A stretch of 64,000 bases of DNA from Nitrososphaerota archaeon (GTDB lineage Archaea; Thermoproteota; Nitrososphaeria; Nitrososphaerales; Gagatemarchaeaceae), in the NCBI GenBank assembly GCA_029785825.1, contig JAFLYY010000001.1, positions 649,374 through 713,373 of the forward strand, read 5' to 3'. The notes beneath the pieces are model-generated. The model was given only the letters and a program-made list of their open reading frames with translations. It was not told the origin of the DNA and did not search any database. Positions 37,723 through 47,625 of this stretch are shown piece by piece. Every line of letters begins with the position of its first letter. The stretch's first letter is position 1. The position numbers and the translations under genes are program-made.

Positions 37723-39482
37723 CCTTTCACGCCTCCGGAGTAGAGCCCCTTCAGGAGGTAACCCTGGGCGACGATGGACAGGATGATCACAGGTATCGCG
37801 AGGATGATACCCGAGGAGGCCAGTTGGGTCCAGACGTTGTTGCTGATGGTGCCGCCCGTGCTGTCAGGGTCGAACAGTATCGCGAACGTCGTGACGGTGT
37901 TCGACCCCACAGGGGGGAAGGTGAAGGAGAACGGGGTCTGCGAGAGGACGAGCGGGAACAGGAGCAGGTGCCATGAGAAGATGAACGCCACCATCCCCGC
38001 GGCTATGAGCCCGGGCCTGGCCAGCGGCATCACGATGGAGAGGAAGGAGCGTATCCGCGAGTATCCGTCGACCAGGGCGGCCTCCTCGTACTGCTTCGGG
38101 AGCGAGCTGTAGAAGTTCGTCATGGTCCAGACGACGAACGGGACGGTGAACAGTGGCTCGGTGAGTATCAGCGCCGTCCACGTGTTGAGCAGGCGGAGCC
38201 CCACCATCATGGAGAAGATCCCGTATACGAAGACTATGGACGGGAGGGAGAAGGTGTAGATCATGATGCCCAGAAGCGCACGCTTGCCCTCCCTCGCTAT
38301 GATGTAGGCGGCGGGCGCGGCCAGGAGTATGGTCACCGCCGTGACGGCGCAGGACACGAAGAACGTCGTGATTATCTCGGGAGACGCCTGGGCCACCGTC
38401 TGCAGGAACACGTCAGTGATTATCTTGGTGGGATAGATGATCGGGGGGAGGAGGTAGTCGAGCGACTGGGGCCTGAACGCGATCAGCCCCATCCAGTAGA
38501 TGGGGAAGAGAATGAACACGGATACGAGGCCGCAGACGAGGTACAGGATGTACCTGAAGGGGGCGTTGAAGACCCGTCGGGATCCTGGGAGGCGTACCTT
38601 CGGCGCCCGGATCTTGGGGAGCCAGGTCCTCCCTCTCCCGTTCTTGGAGGCTCCGATCGTGGTCCTGACCAGCAGGAGCCCCGGGATGCTGGCCAGGAGC
38701 GCGACGAATATGGCCGCGGCCAGCCCCTGAGGCGCGAGGTTGGCATAGAACATCTCGGCGTAGGCATACACCACCATGGTCGCCATGGTGATGGGGGGGA
38801 CCCCGCCCGCGCCGCTGAGGATGTAGGGGAGGTCGAAGTTCCCGAAGCCGAGTATCATGATCATGAGGAAGGCGGTGACGATCGCCCCTTTCGCCAGGGG
38901 GAGGGCCACGGAGGAGTAGTAGTCCCACATCTCCATGCCGTCAACCGACGCCGCCTCCTTCACCTGCTTGGGGACGGAGGACAGGCCCGCGAGGATGATG
39001 AGGAAGGCGAGGGGGATGGAGGCCCATACCCCCACCGTGGTCAGCGAATAGAGCTGCAGGGCGGGGCCGAGCCAGTTGATGGCGGGGAGGCCGAGCGACG
39101 TCAGGATCGGGTCAAGGGGGCCGTACCCGGGGTTGAACAGGGTCGCCCAGATCAGGGCGCTCGCTGTGAAGGGTATCATGTAGGGGAGGTACGCTATCAG
39201 GGAGATGGCGCGCTTCGCCCTCCGCCTGCTGTCTACGAGGATCGCAAAGGCGGTGCCGACAAGGACAGAGGCAACGGCGGTTCCGACCGCGAAGAAGACG
39301 GTGTTGTAGACGATCCGCCCGAAGTCGGTCTGGGCGAAGAGCGACACGTACGACGACAGGTCGGACGAAGGGGCGGAGAGGACGACCGATATAATCAGGG
39401 GGACTAGCGCGAAGAAGAACAGATAGGCGACGGCGGGGATGTAGAAGATCCTCTTCGACAGAGCCTCGCCGACGCCGGACAG
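37719..39482 (-). CDS. Carbohydrate ABC transporter permease, two permease domains fused; probable CTG start
   Basis: Two EAA loops (EAASVDG, EAALVDG); frame open 45 codons upstream of the track start and includes a TM helix. Confidence 0.88.
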   Translation of the reverse strand: MSGVGEALSKRIFYIPAVAYLFFFALVPLIISVVLSAPSSDLSSYVSLFAQTDFGRIVYNTVFFAVGTAVASVLVGTAFAILVDSRRRAKRAISLIAYLPYMIPFTASALIWATLFNPGYGPLDPILTSLGLPAINWLGPALQLYSLTTVGVWASIPLAFLIILAGLSSVPKQVKEAASVDGMEMWDYYSSVALPLAKGAIVTAFLMIMILGFGNFDLPYILSGAGGVPPITMATMVVYAYAEMFYANLAPQGLAAAIFVALLASIPGLLLVRTTIGASKNGRGRTWLPKIRAPKVRLPGSRRVFNAPFRYILYLVCGLVSVFILFPIYWMGLIAFRPQSLDYLLPPIIYPTKIITDVFLQTVAQASPEIITTFFVSCAVTAVTILLAAPAAYIIAREGKRALLGIMIYTFSLPSIVFVYGIFSMMVGLRLLNTWTALILTEPLFTVPFVVWTMTNFYSSLPKQYEEAALVDGYSRIRSFLSIVMPLARPGLIAAGMVAFIFSWHLLLFPLVLSQTPFSFTFPPVGSNTVTTFAILFDPDSTGGTISNNVWTQLASSGIILAIPVIILSIVAQGYLLKGLYSGGVKG

Positions 39483-39483
39483 G

Positions 39484-40542
39484 TCAGGCCCCTTCCTTGC
39501 TCAGGACGTGGACTCCCCCCGGGTTAACCGAGAACTTCACCCTCTGCCCCGTGCCCATCCCCCCGACGTCGTGGGCGATCGCCCTGATCTCCACCCCCCC
39601 TATGCTCAGATACACGATTGTCTCGCGCCCTGCGTACTCGAAGGCGGTGGCCTCTGCCTCGTTGGGCCCCGAGCCGAGGACCAGGCTCTCCGGCCTGACC
39701 CCGACCTTGAAGGTCCCGTCTGCGAGGTTCCCGAGGGGGAGGGAGACAGGGGTCGAAGACCCGCCCGAGACCTTGACGTACATGACGTTCAGCGGCGGGC
39801 TCCCGATGAAGGTGGCCGTGAACTCGTCGGCGGGGGAGGCATAGATCTCCCTCGGGGTACCTACCTGGCGGATCTTCCCGTTCCCCATTATGGCGACCCT
39901 GTCAGAGATGGAGAGGGCCTCGGACTGGTCGTGCGTCACGTAGATGGTGGTCATGCCGAACTCCCTCTGCACATCTTTCAGGAACTTCCGGGCCGAGAAC
40001 CTCAGCTGGGCGTCGAGGTTGGAGAAGGGCTCGTCGAGGAGGAACACGTCCGGGTGCTTGATGAGGGCTCTGGCGAGCGCGACCCGCTGCTGCTGCCCCC
40101 CTGAGATCTGGCCGGGCCTCCTGTCCAGGGTCTCGCCTATGCCGAGGCGCCCGGCTATCTCCCTGGCGTCTTTGAGCGCGTCCTCCTTCTTCATCCCCCT
40201 CACCGTCAGAGGAGAGGTGATGTTCTCCATCACGGTCTTGTTAGGATAGAGGGCGTAGTCCTGGAACACCATGCCTATGTTCCTCTTCGCCGGACCCAGG
40301 GCGTCTACGGGTCTCGACCCGATGAAGAGGTGCCCCGAGTCCTGGACCTCGAGCCCCGCGATTATCCTCAGCAGAGTCGTCTTCCCCGACCCCGACGGCC
40401 CCACGAGGGAGAAGAGCTCCCCCGGGGAGATCTCGAGGTCCACATCTTCGAATACTGTGAGCTTTCCGAACCTCTTCGTTATGCCTTGTAACCTTACCCC
40501 GGCCGCCCGGGCTTCAGGTCCCGAAAAAGTGTGGGCAGGCAC
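39484..40542 (-). CDS. Carbohydrate ABC transporter ATPase (MalK-like)
   Basis: GPSGSGKTT, VFQDYALYP, ISGGQQQR, LLDEPFSNLD. Confidence 0.95.
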   Translation of the reverse strand: MPAHTFSGPEARAAGVRLQGITKRFGKLTVFEDVDLEISPGELFSLVGPSGSGKTTLLRIIAGLEVQDSGHLFIGSRPVDALGPAKRNIGMVFQDYALYPNKTVMENITSPLTVRGMKKEDALKDAREIAGRLGIGETLDRRPGQISGGQQQRVALARALIKHPDVFLLDEPFSNLDAQLRFSARKFLKDVQREFGMTTIYVTHDQSEALSISDRVAIMGNGKIRQVGTPREIYASPADEFTATFIGSPPLNVMYVKVSGGSSTPVSLPLGNLADGTFKVGVRPESLVLGSGPNEAEATAFEYAGRETIVYLSIGGVEIRAIAHDVGGMGTGQRVKFSVNPGGVHVLSKEGA

Positions 40543-40548
40543 CGGCCT

Positions 40549-41988
40549 TCAGCTTACGGCTTTGAGCCAAGCGGCTGCTGCCGTATCCAGTGCCTGTTGC
40601 GCAGATGAGGTGCTGTTGGATGTCCCTGTAAGGAAACCGTAGACAGGCTGGTTGAACGCGGGTATCAGCGTGGAAGAGGTGATGACGAGGTTCGGCGGAT
40701 TCGCCCAGCCGACCGCGCCGGTGTCGAACACCTGTTGTATCACGTTCCTTGCCTGCTGCGGGATCGAAGTGTTGGAGGTGAGGATAGCAGTCGCGGCCCT
40801 GGAGATCGGGAACTCTCCTGCCACTGTGTAGATCTTGGCGTTGACCGTGGGGGAGACGAGATACTGGATGAACGCTGCCGCCAGCGCCTGGTTGTTCGAG
40901 TACTTGTTGATGGCATAGAAGTCTGTACCAGTCTCGGCGTAGCCGCCCGGAAGCGAGCTGACCGCGATGGAAGACGAGATGTTCTTCGAGCTCAGCAGAG
41001 TGGATGCGTCAGCTGTGAACATCAGTGAGCCCCACGACTCGCCCGCCTGCAGCGGAGCGAATACCGTGCCGTAGCCCACCGTGGTCCCAGCCGGCTGGGG
41101 GTCGTACTGCATCAGATTGTACATCGTCTGCAGTGCCTGTACCCCGGCGGTCCCGTTGAAAGATGGGGATGGTACGCCGCTGGACCCTGCGAAGCCGTTG
41201 AACATGATGTTGTAGTTCAGCAGACCGCCCTGTGGGTTGGATCCGCTGATCGAGGAGTCGTGCGCGTAGTAGTAGCCGAAGATTGCCGGATAGGTGTCTA
41301 TGATGTCATGGCCTTCCGAGCCGTCGGTTATGAGCCCGTACTTCACAGTGTGTGTCTGAGTCACGAGGAAGTGGTTCACGTCGAGGATCGCCTGCCAGCT
41401 CGACCACGGTGGACTCATGGGGAACCCATACTGGCTCTCGAACTGTGCGTTCAGAGCGGCGTTGCTCAGCAGGGTCTGGTTGTAGAAGATGGTGAAGGTC
41501 GAAGTGTCGTACGGCACTCCGATGAGCTCCTTCGTCCCGTTGACCAGATAGTAGCCTCCGAAGTTGAGCTGCGGAGCTGGGATGTCCGAGGTGTTCAGGT
41601 TCACCAGCCCGTTCAGGTTCGACACGTAGCTGGCGAAGCCCAGCGCGCTGGTCGAAGTGAAGGTGATGATGTCGTAGGTGGACGACTGTGCCTTCAGCGA
41701 GGTGAGCTCGGTGGTGGTGTAGCTGCTGAATCCCTGCGCCGTCACGTGGATGGTGACCCCGGGGTGGGCCGCCATGAACGTGTTGGCTGCGTCCTGCAGC
41801 CAGGCGTTCGACGGGTCCGTGAACGTGATGACGTTGAGGGTCCCGGACAGCTGCGCAGAGGTCGTTGTCTTGGCCGGAGGAGAGTAGTACGCGATGTAAT
41901 AGTAGGCTCCCCCTGCGATTACCAGGAGGACCACAACTATTGCCACGCCTGCACCTGTGCTTATTGCATTTCGGGATTGAACGTCCAT
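40549..41988 (-). CDS. ABC transporter extracellular solute-binding protein
   Basis: N-terminal TM anchor, Ser/Thr-rich, GVPYD..TIFYN, FIQYLVSP; first gene of the ABC operon. Confidence 0.88.
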   Translation of the reverse strand: MDVQSRNAISTGAGVAIVVVLLVIAGGAYYYIAYYSPPAKTTTSAQLSGTLNVITFTDPSNAWLQDAANTFMAAHPGVTIHVTAQGFSSYTTTELTSLKAQSSTYDIITFTSTSALGFASYVSNLNGLVNLNTSDIPAPQLNFGGYYLVNGTKELIGVPYDTSTFTIFYNQTLLSNAALNAQFESQYGFPMSPPWSSWQAILDVNHFLVTQTHTVKYGLITDGSEGHDIIDTYPAIFGYYYAHDSSISGSNPQGGLLNYNIMFNGFAGSSGVPSPSFNGTAGVQALQTMYNLMQYDPQPAGTTVGYGTVFAPLQAGESWGSLMFTADASTLLSSKNISSSIAVSSLPGGYAETGTDFYAINKYSNNQALAAAFIQYLVSPTVNAKIYTVAGEFPISRAATAILTSNTSIPQQARNVIQQVFDTGAVGWANPPNLVITSSTLIPAFNQPVYGFLTGTSNSTSSAQQALDTAAAAWLKAVS

Positions 41989-42102
41989 AATATTCTCGGC
42001 AGCCGGTCCGGTCGTTAGTTATTTAAACGGGACAAAGCAGTTCCCCGCATCGGACGCGACGAGGCAAAGTGTTCTTAACGACCGTACCTCCGGCGACGGC
42101 GA

Positions 42103-43008
42103 TTGAAGGTCCTGGTCGCGGGGTTCCTCACCATCGACTCGATACAGCTCCCCACCCGGACCGTCGCCTCGGTAGGGGGCCCCCCCGCCTACGCCGGGCT
42201 CATCGCCTCCCGTCTCGGGCACGAAGTCACGCCGCTGACCAAGGTGGGGTCCGACTTCCCCGACGAACAGGCCGTCTGGCTGGCCAGGAACGGGGTGTCG
42301 CTCAGGGCGTCGGACCGGAGCGGCACGAAGCCCACCACCAGGTTCAGGATAACTGACACCGGCGGGGACAGGGCTCTCTACCTGGCGAGCAGGTGCGAAG
42401 ACCTCGCCCCTTCGCAGATACCGCCCGAGACGAGGTTCCGCGCCTCCCTCGTGTCCCCTCTCGCCGGGGAGGTCTCCCCGTCCCTCCTCTCGGAGATATC
42501 GGCCCGATCCGACTTCACCTTCCTCGACCCCCAGGGGTTCATCCGGAGGTTCGGGGCAGGGGGGAAGGTCTCCTTCGCCCCCCCGAGCGACGGCGCCGCC
42601 CTGACGAAGGTGGACGCGGTCAAGATGGACAGGACCGAGGCCGAGATGCTGACCGGGAGGTCGGAGCCGACGGCGGCGCTCGAGAAGGTCTTCTCCATGG
42701 GGATACGGAAGGGGATCGTCACCCAGGGAGGGGGCTCCTGCTACGTCCTTGACGGCGGGAGGATATACAAGGTCTCGGTCCCGCAGACGCCGGTCCTCGA
42801 CAGCACCGGCGCGGGGGACATACTGAGCGGCGCGACCGTCTCCTGGTACCTGAAGACCAGGGACTTCCTCAGGAGCGCCTGCTTCGGCGTCGCGGCGTCG
42901 TCGCTTTCTCTCCAGATGATCGCGCTGGCGAAGGTAGACCTCCCCATGAGCGTGGACGACACAGCCCAGCGGCTCTTCTCCAACGCCGACCCGGTGGCGG
43001 CGGTCTGA
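42103..43008 (+). CDS. PfkB-family carbohydrate/nucleoside kinase
   Basis: GGPPAY, DPQG, DSTGAGD. Confidence 0.9.
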   Translation: MKVLVAGFLTIDSIQLPTRTVASVGGPPAYAGLIASRLGHEVTPLTKVGSDFPDEQAVWLARNGVSLRASDRSGTKPTTRFRITDTGGDRALYLASRCEDLAPSQIPPETRFRASLVSPLAGEVSPSLLSEISARSDFTFLDPQGFIRRFGAGGKVSFAPPSDGAALTKVDAVKMDRTEAEMLTGRSEPTAALEKVFSMGIRKGIVTQGGGSCYVLDGGRIYKVSVPQTPVLDSTGAGDILSGATVSWYLKTRDFLRSACFGVAASSLSLQMIALAKVDLPMSVDDTAQRLFSNADPVAAV

Positions 43009-43014
43009 GAGCGC

Positions 43015-43965
43015 TCACCCCTGCGTGAGCGTGTGCGACACCACCCTGTCCTTCTCTATCTCGCAGAGGAACCCGTTCAGGTTCCCGAACCCGTAGTCGC
43101 TCCCCGGGTTGGCGCAGAGGGTCCGGCCGAGCTTGACCATCCCCCTCGACTCGTGGATATGGCCGTGCACCCCGAGGAGCGGCTGGTGCTCCTCTATCTT
43201 CTTGCGGACCGCCGAGCTCCCGGCGGAGATCATGACGGACTGCCCTCCGGCGGTGACGGGCTTGAGCTCCGCGTCCAGCTTCGGGGCCCTGTCGAGGAGG
43301 GTGTCGATGGGAGGGACGTGGACGTTGTATATGGCCGCCGAGGGGTCCTTGACCTCCTTCGCCATCTGCTCGATCATCCCCTCCAGGTCCGGCTCGTCGA
43401 CCTCCCGGGGGCTGTCCCAGGGGGTGTGGTTCGTGTACCCAAGGGTGATCATCTCGTGCCCTCCGCCGATGTCGACCACCTTCCGCTCCGGGTTGACGAC
43501 GTAGGAGGAGGAGTCGAGGATCTCGTCGATCTCGAAGTAGTCGTCGTTCCCCGGGGATATGTAGCACGTTATCCCGGTCCCCTTCAGCCGCTCCTCGGCC
43601 AGGCGCATCCACCCCTGTATGCTCTCCCTCATGAGCGACTTGAAGAGGGGGACCTGCAGGTCAGGGTCGGCCGAGATCTCCTCGGCTTCCTTGACGTTCG
43701 TCAGGAACGGATAGCACCCGGCGTCCCTTATCGCCTTCATGGTCGCGTCGAGCTCCTCCTTGGAGCGGATGACCTGCTCCTTCCCGAAGGTGCAGGCTCT
43801 GGTGCCGTCCGCCTGGGCGACGATAGGGACGATCATCTTCCCGGTGATGTCTCCGCCCAGTATGAGGACGTTGGCGCCATAGAACTTCCCGGCGTTGACG
43901 AACTTGCGGAAGCACCTGTCCGACCCGTGAACGTCTGTCACGAAGAAGAGCTTGGTCTTCGGCAT
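43015..43965 (-). CDS. Calcineurin-like metallophosphoesterase
   Basis: TDVHGS, GGD, PGNDD, HVPP, HGHIHES, NPGS. Confidence 0.92.
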   Translation of the reverse strand: MPKTKLFFVTDVHGSDRCFRKFVNAGKFYGANVLILGGDITGKMIVPIVAQADGTRACTFGKEQVIRSKEELDATMKAIRDAGCYPFLTNVKEAEEISADPDLQVPLFKSLMRESIQGWMRLAEERLKGTGITCYISPGNDDYFEIDEILDSSSYVVNPERKVVDIGGGHEMITLGYTNHTPWDSPREVDEPDLEGMIEQMAKEVKDPSAAIYNVHVPPIDTLLDRAPKLDAELKPVTAGGQSVMISAGSSAVRKKIEEHQPLLGVHGHIHESRGMVKLGRTLCANPGSDYGFGNLNGFLCEIEKDRVVSHTLTQG

Positions 43966-44784
43966 CTATCTTTCACCACGGGGGGGCTGTCCAGAGGGCT
44001 CCTGCCCGCTGTCCTTGGATATCCTCGAGTCGACCACCTGGACGTCTGCTTCGGGGACTTCGTACCACCTCACCTTGTCTCCCACACCCGCCCTCAGCTT
44101 CCACTTCATGCTCTTGGGGGCGCCCTCTATCAGGGCCATGAGCTTTTCCGTCCTTTCTTTCAGGAGGCCGATGCGGGCGCCGTCGAGCCCAGACTTCTCC
44201 GCGCTCCCCGCCACCGCGGCCAGGTTGGCCGTGAACGTCTTGTAGATCCCCCAGTCTTCGGCGCAGAGTCCGGCCAGGTACTTCCCGTTCACCGCCCCCG
44301 AGTCTGTCTCCCCCACGTCGTAGTCGGCGAGCATGCAGACCATGTCTTTGAGGTCCTTCTCGTTTATCTCGTGTATCTGCAGCTTCGTGGCGAGCATGTC
44401 GGCGAGCGGGAGGGTCATCTTGTCGACCTCGAGCCTGTTTCTTAGGTCCAGCTTGTGCGACATTTCAAAGACGTCCAGGAAGACGTCGGCGCGCCTATGG
44501 TTGACGAGGTCGTTGAATATCAGCCTCCTCCGCCCCTGCCACGCGTTGAACATCTCCCGGGGGACGTACCCCATCTCCTTGAACAGGGCGCCGATCTCCT
44601 TCGACTGCTTCGAGCGGGCCATGAAGTCGAGGTCGCGGTAGTCCCTCTTCAGCCTGGCGTCGGCGGCCGACGGGCAGCGGAGTAGGAAGGAGACTCCACC
44701 AAGGAGCCTGAGCACTACCCTCCGCTCCTCGGCGGCTCCGAGAATTCGCCTGGCTTCCCCCGAGGGGTCCGCGATGGCGGCCAC
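43966..44784 (-). CDS. Hypothetical protein, nucleotidyltransferase-like fold
   Basis: LLGGV...RDLDF (GG..DxD) and DMLATKLQI; coupled to the phosphoesterase gene. Confidence 0.7.
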   Translation of the reverse strand: MAAIADPSGEARRILGAAEERRVVLRLLGGVSFLLRCPSAADARLKRDYRDLDFMARSKQSKEIGALFKEMGYVPREMFNAWQGRRRLIFNDLVNHRRADVFLDVFEMSHKLDLRNRLEVDKMTLPLADMLATKLQIHEINEKDLKDMVCMLADYDVGETDSGAVNGKYLAGLCAEDWGIYKTFTANLAAVAGSAEKSGLDGARIGLLKERTEKLMALIEGAPKSMKWKLRAGVGDKVRWYEVPEADVQVVDSRISKDSGQEPSGQPPRGER

Positions 44785-44829
44785 TAGGCCGTCGGGGACA
44801 GGGCGGGTTGATAATCCTTCCGAGGGGAG

Positions 44830-46272
44830 TCAGTAAGACTTCCCGTAGAGGGCTACCGAGGGGGCGTCCCTTCCGCAGGCGACGCACGCCCCGCTCCCCC
44901 GCTTCTGGTCGAGGGGAACGTTCAGGACCTTCCCCCCTGCCGACTCCTTCATCTTGGCTTCGCACGCCCCGTCTCCGCACCAGCGGACCCTGACGATCCC
45001 CCCCTCGGCGGCCAGGACCTCCTTGAGCTGCGCCAGGGAGGAAGCGTCGTGGGTCCCCGCCTCCAGCGCCTCCCTGGCCCTCTTCAGGAGGTTCGCCTGT
45101 ATGTCGTCCAGCTCCCTCCCCACCTCGGCCGCCAGGGACCCGAGCTTGACCGTCCTCTTCCCCCTGGTGTCCCTCCTGACTAGGACGGCCTGCCCCTCCT
45201 TCATGTCCCTCGGGCCGAACTCGACCCTGAGGGGGACCCCCTTCAGCTCCCACTCGTTGAACTTCCGCCCAGGGGTAAGGTTGTCCCTGGCGTCGAGCTT
45301 CGCCCTGAACCCGGCCAGGGACTCCAGGAGCTTCCTGGCCCCGTCCAGGACCGCCCCTTTGCTTTCGTCGTTCACTATGGGGACGACGACCACCTGGACG
45401 GCCGAGAGCCTCGGCGGGACGACGGCCCCCCTGTCGTCGCTGTGGACCGCGAGCATCACCCCTATCTCGCGGGTCGAGATCGCCCAGGTGTTCTGGTAGA
45501 CCCACTGCTTGTTCCCCTCCTTGTCGATGAAGACTATGCCGAACGCCTTCGAGAAGTTCTGGCCGTCAGAGTGCCAGTCTGGCCCCTGTATCGCTTTCCC
45601 GTCGGGGAGCAGGTGCTCGATGCTGTAGGTGGCTTCGGCACCGGCGAACGTCTCCCCCCGCGTCTTCCTCCCCAGGTACCCTGGGAGGGCGAGCCACTCT
45701 TCGGTGACATTCTTGTAGATCCCGAGTATCTGGTCCCTTTCGGCGTCGGCTTCCTCCTTGGTGGCGAAGAGGGAGTGCCCCTCGTTCCAGAGGAACTCCC
45801 TAGAGCGCAGGATGAAGGCGGGGTTCTTGAACTCCCAGCGGATGACGTTGTTCCACTGGTTGAGCCTCAAGGGGAGGTCCCTCCATGACCGTATCCAGCG
45901 CGACACCACCTCGTACATGAGCGACTCCGACGTCGGCCGGATCGCGAGCTTCTCTTCGATCTTGGAGCTCCCGGTCTCAGTCACCCAGGCCACCTCAGGC
46001 GCGAACCCCTCCACATGCTCCGACTCCTTCTTCAGGAGCCGCTCGGGGATGAGCAGGGGGAAGTAGGTGTTGAGGACCCCCGACTCCTTGAACAGCCTGT
46101 CGGTCTCCCTCTGGATGTTCTCCCAGATGGCGTAGCCTGGAGGGCGGTACACGACGCACCCGGAGACGGGGCTGTAGTCGGCTATCTCCGATTTCAGGAT
46201 TATCTGGGTGTACCACTCGTCGAAGTCTTCCGCCTTCTTGGCCGTGAGCCCTTCCTGGTTCCCTCCCGACAT
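44830..46272 (-). CDS. proS: Prolyl-tRNA synthetase (archaeal type)
   Basis: HVEGFAPEVAWVT, IRPTSE, QWNNVIRWE, REFLWNEGH, ELKGVPLRVE. Confidence 0.96.
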   Translation of the reverse strand: MSGGNQEGLTAKKAEDFDEWYTQIILKSEIADYSPVSGCVVYRPPGYAIWENIQRETDRLFKESGVLNTYFPLLIPERLLKKESEHVEGFAPEVAWVTETGSSKIEEKLAIRPTSESLMYEVVSRWIRSWRDLPLRLNQWNNVIRWEFKNPAFILRSREFLWNEGHSLFATKEEADAERDQILGIYKNVTEEWLALPGYLGRKTRGETFAGAEATYSIEHLLPDGKAIQGPDWHSDGQNFSKAFGIVFIDKEGNKQWVYQNTWAISTREIGVMLAVHSDDRGAVVPPRLSAVQVVVVPIVNDESKGAVLDGARKLLESLAGFRAKLDARDNLTPGRKFNEWELKGVPLRVEFGPRDMKEGQAVLVRRDTRGKRTVKLGSLAAEVGRELDDIQANLLKRAREALEAGTHDASSLAQLKEVLAAEGGIVRVRWCGDGACEAKMKESAGGKVLNVPLDQKRGSGACVACGRDAPSVALYGKSY

Positions 46273-46327
46273 CAGGAGCGCCCTTCTCCCGGCTGCTCTT
46301 AATGAAGGTGTTTGCCCGCCGGGGCGC

Positions 46328-46927
46328 TTACGCGGCGGAGGCGAGGATCGCCACCCCGAGGGCGAGCAGGACCGCTGCGGACACGACGCGGAGCCTCCTG
46401 GGGGTGAGGACGCGGCCCATCCTGTTCCCCAGCGCCGTCTCGAAGGCGGTCGCCGCGATGAGCCCGGTGCAGACGGAGGCGAAGACGAAGAGCGGGTCGG
46501 AGTACTTGGACACCAGGACGACCGTGAGGACCTCTGTGGCATCCCCCGCGATGTCGAGGAACGCCAGGGACGCCACCAGGGTGAGGTAGGCCCTGAGGGC
46601 GGTCCCGGATCTTTCGACGCGCGACTCCTCCTCCTCGACCGTCCGGTAACCGACGAGCCCCCGGACCTGCCACCCGCCGTACCCGAGCATGACCACCCCT
46701 CCGGCCAACCTCACCCAGGCCACCGGGACCACGGTCAGGAGGAGGGACCCCGCACCCACGAAGAGGGCCGTGGTGAGGACGAAAGCGGTCGCCCCGGCCA
46801 GGAAGGCGACCCTGGCCTTGATCTTCGCAGACACGGCGAGGAGGAGGAACGCGTCCTTGTCGGTGAGCTCGGCGACGAAGAGGGCCGCGGCTATCCCGAA
46901 GAACGCATAGAGCGTGATGCTGTCCAT
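46328..46927 (-). CDS. TMEM165/GDT1 (UPF0016) family membrane protein
   Basis: AELTDK and DIAGDAT variants of the ExGDKT repeat, about 6 TM. Confidence 0.78.
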   Translation of the reverse strand: MDSITLYAFFGIAAALFVAELTDKDAFLLLAVSAKIKARVAFLAGATAFVLTTALFVGAGSLLLTVVPVAWVRLAGGVVMLGYGGWQVRGLVGYRTVEEEESRVERSGTALRAYLTLVASLAFLDIAGDATEVLTVVLVSKYSDPLFVFASVCTGLIAATAFETALGNRMGRVLTPRRLRVVSAAVLLALGVAILASAA

Positions 46928-46955
46928 GGGGCGCCCGTGAACCCGTACAGGGCCG

Positions 46956-47588
46956 CTATTCTTCCTCTTCGGCGACTTGCTCTTTCGCGGCGGCCTGGTC
47001 GCGGGTCGGCATGAGTATGGCGGCCAGCCCCGCCACCATGAGGATGAAGGCCAGCCCGAGGCCGAGCGCCGTCTGCCGCTTGCCCACCTCGTAGAGCGAA
47101 GCGGGGACCAGGAACAGGGCGATTATCGCGAGGACGTTGCGGTCCGACAGGGCAGACCACCTGAACTGGGACGTCAGGAGGAGGCTGAGCACGACCATGA
47201 CGACCGGGAAGACCAGGTCGTACCTCCCCACGATGAGGTCCGAGGCCGTCCCGCCCAGACCAAGGCCGTTGGCGTAGAGCCCCGCGGCTAGGGCGAAGAA
47301 AAGGGAGGTGCCGGCTATGGCGAGGAGCGTGCTGGCCAGCGACGCGAGCTTCTCCCGCCGCGCCGGCAGAGGGGTCCCTCTCATCTCGACAGCCAGACCG
47401 ACCATGACGCACAGGGTGCCGACCACGAAGACGTAGGGGCTCCTCGTGATCTGCAGGAAAACAGCGTTCGGGAGGAGCGCGGACAGCCCTCCCCTGGCCC
47501 AGAGGAACAGGCCGTAGAGCCCGCTCACGAGGAACGGGGCCATGTAGAGGAGGGTGGAAATGTCCTCGAAGCGTCCCTTGGTGCTCAT
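46956..47588 (-). CDS. Hypothetical membrane protein
   Basis: About 6 TM, operon position, host codon bias. Confidence 0.7.
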   Translation of the reverse strand: MSTKGRFEDISTLLYMAPFLVSGLYGLFLWARGGLSALLPNAVFLQITRSPYVFVVGTLCVMVGLAVEMRGTPLPARREKLASLASTLLAIAGTSLFFALAAGLYANGLGLGGTASDLIVGRYDLVFPVVMVVLSLLLTSQFRWSALSDRNVLAIIALFLVPASLYEVGKRQTALGLGLAFILMVAGLAAILMPTRDQAAAKEQVAEEEE

Positions 47589-47625
47589 CGGATTTCACGT
47601 GCGAGCCGGGCCGGGGTTAAAACCG

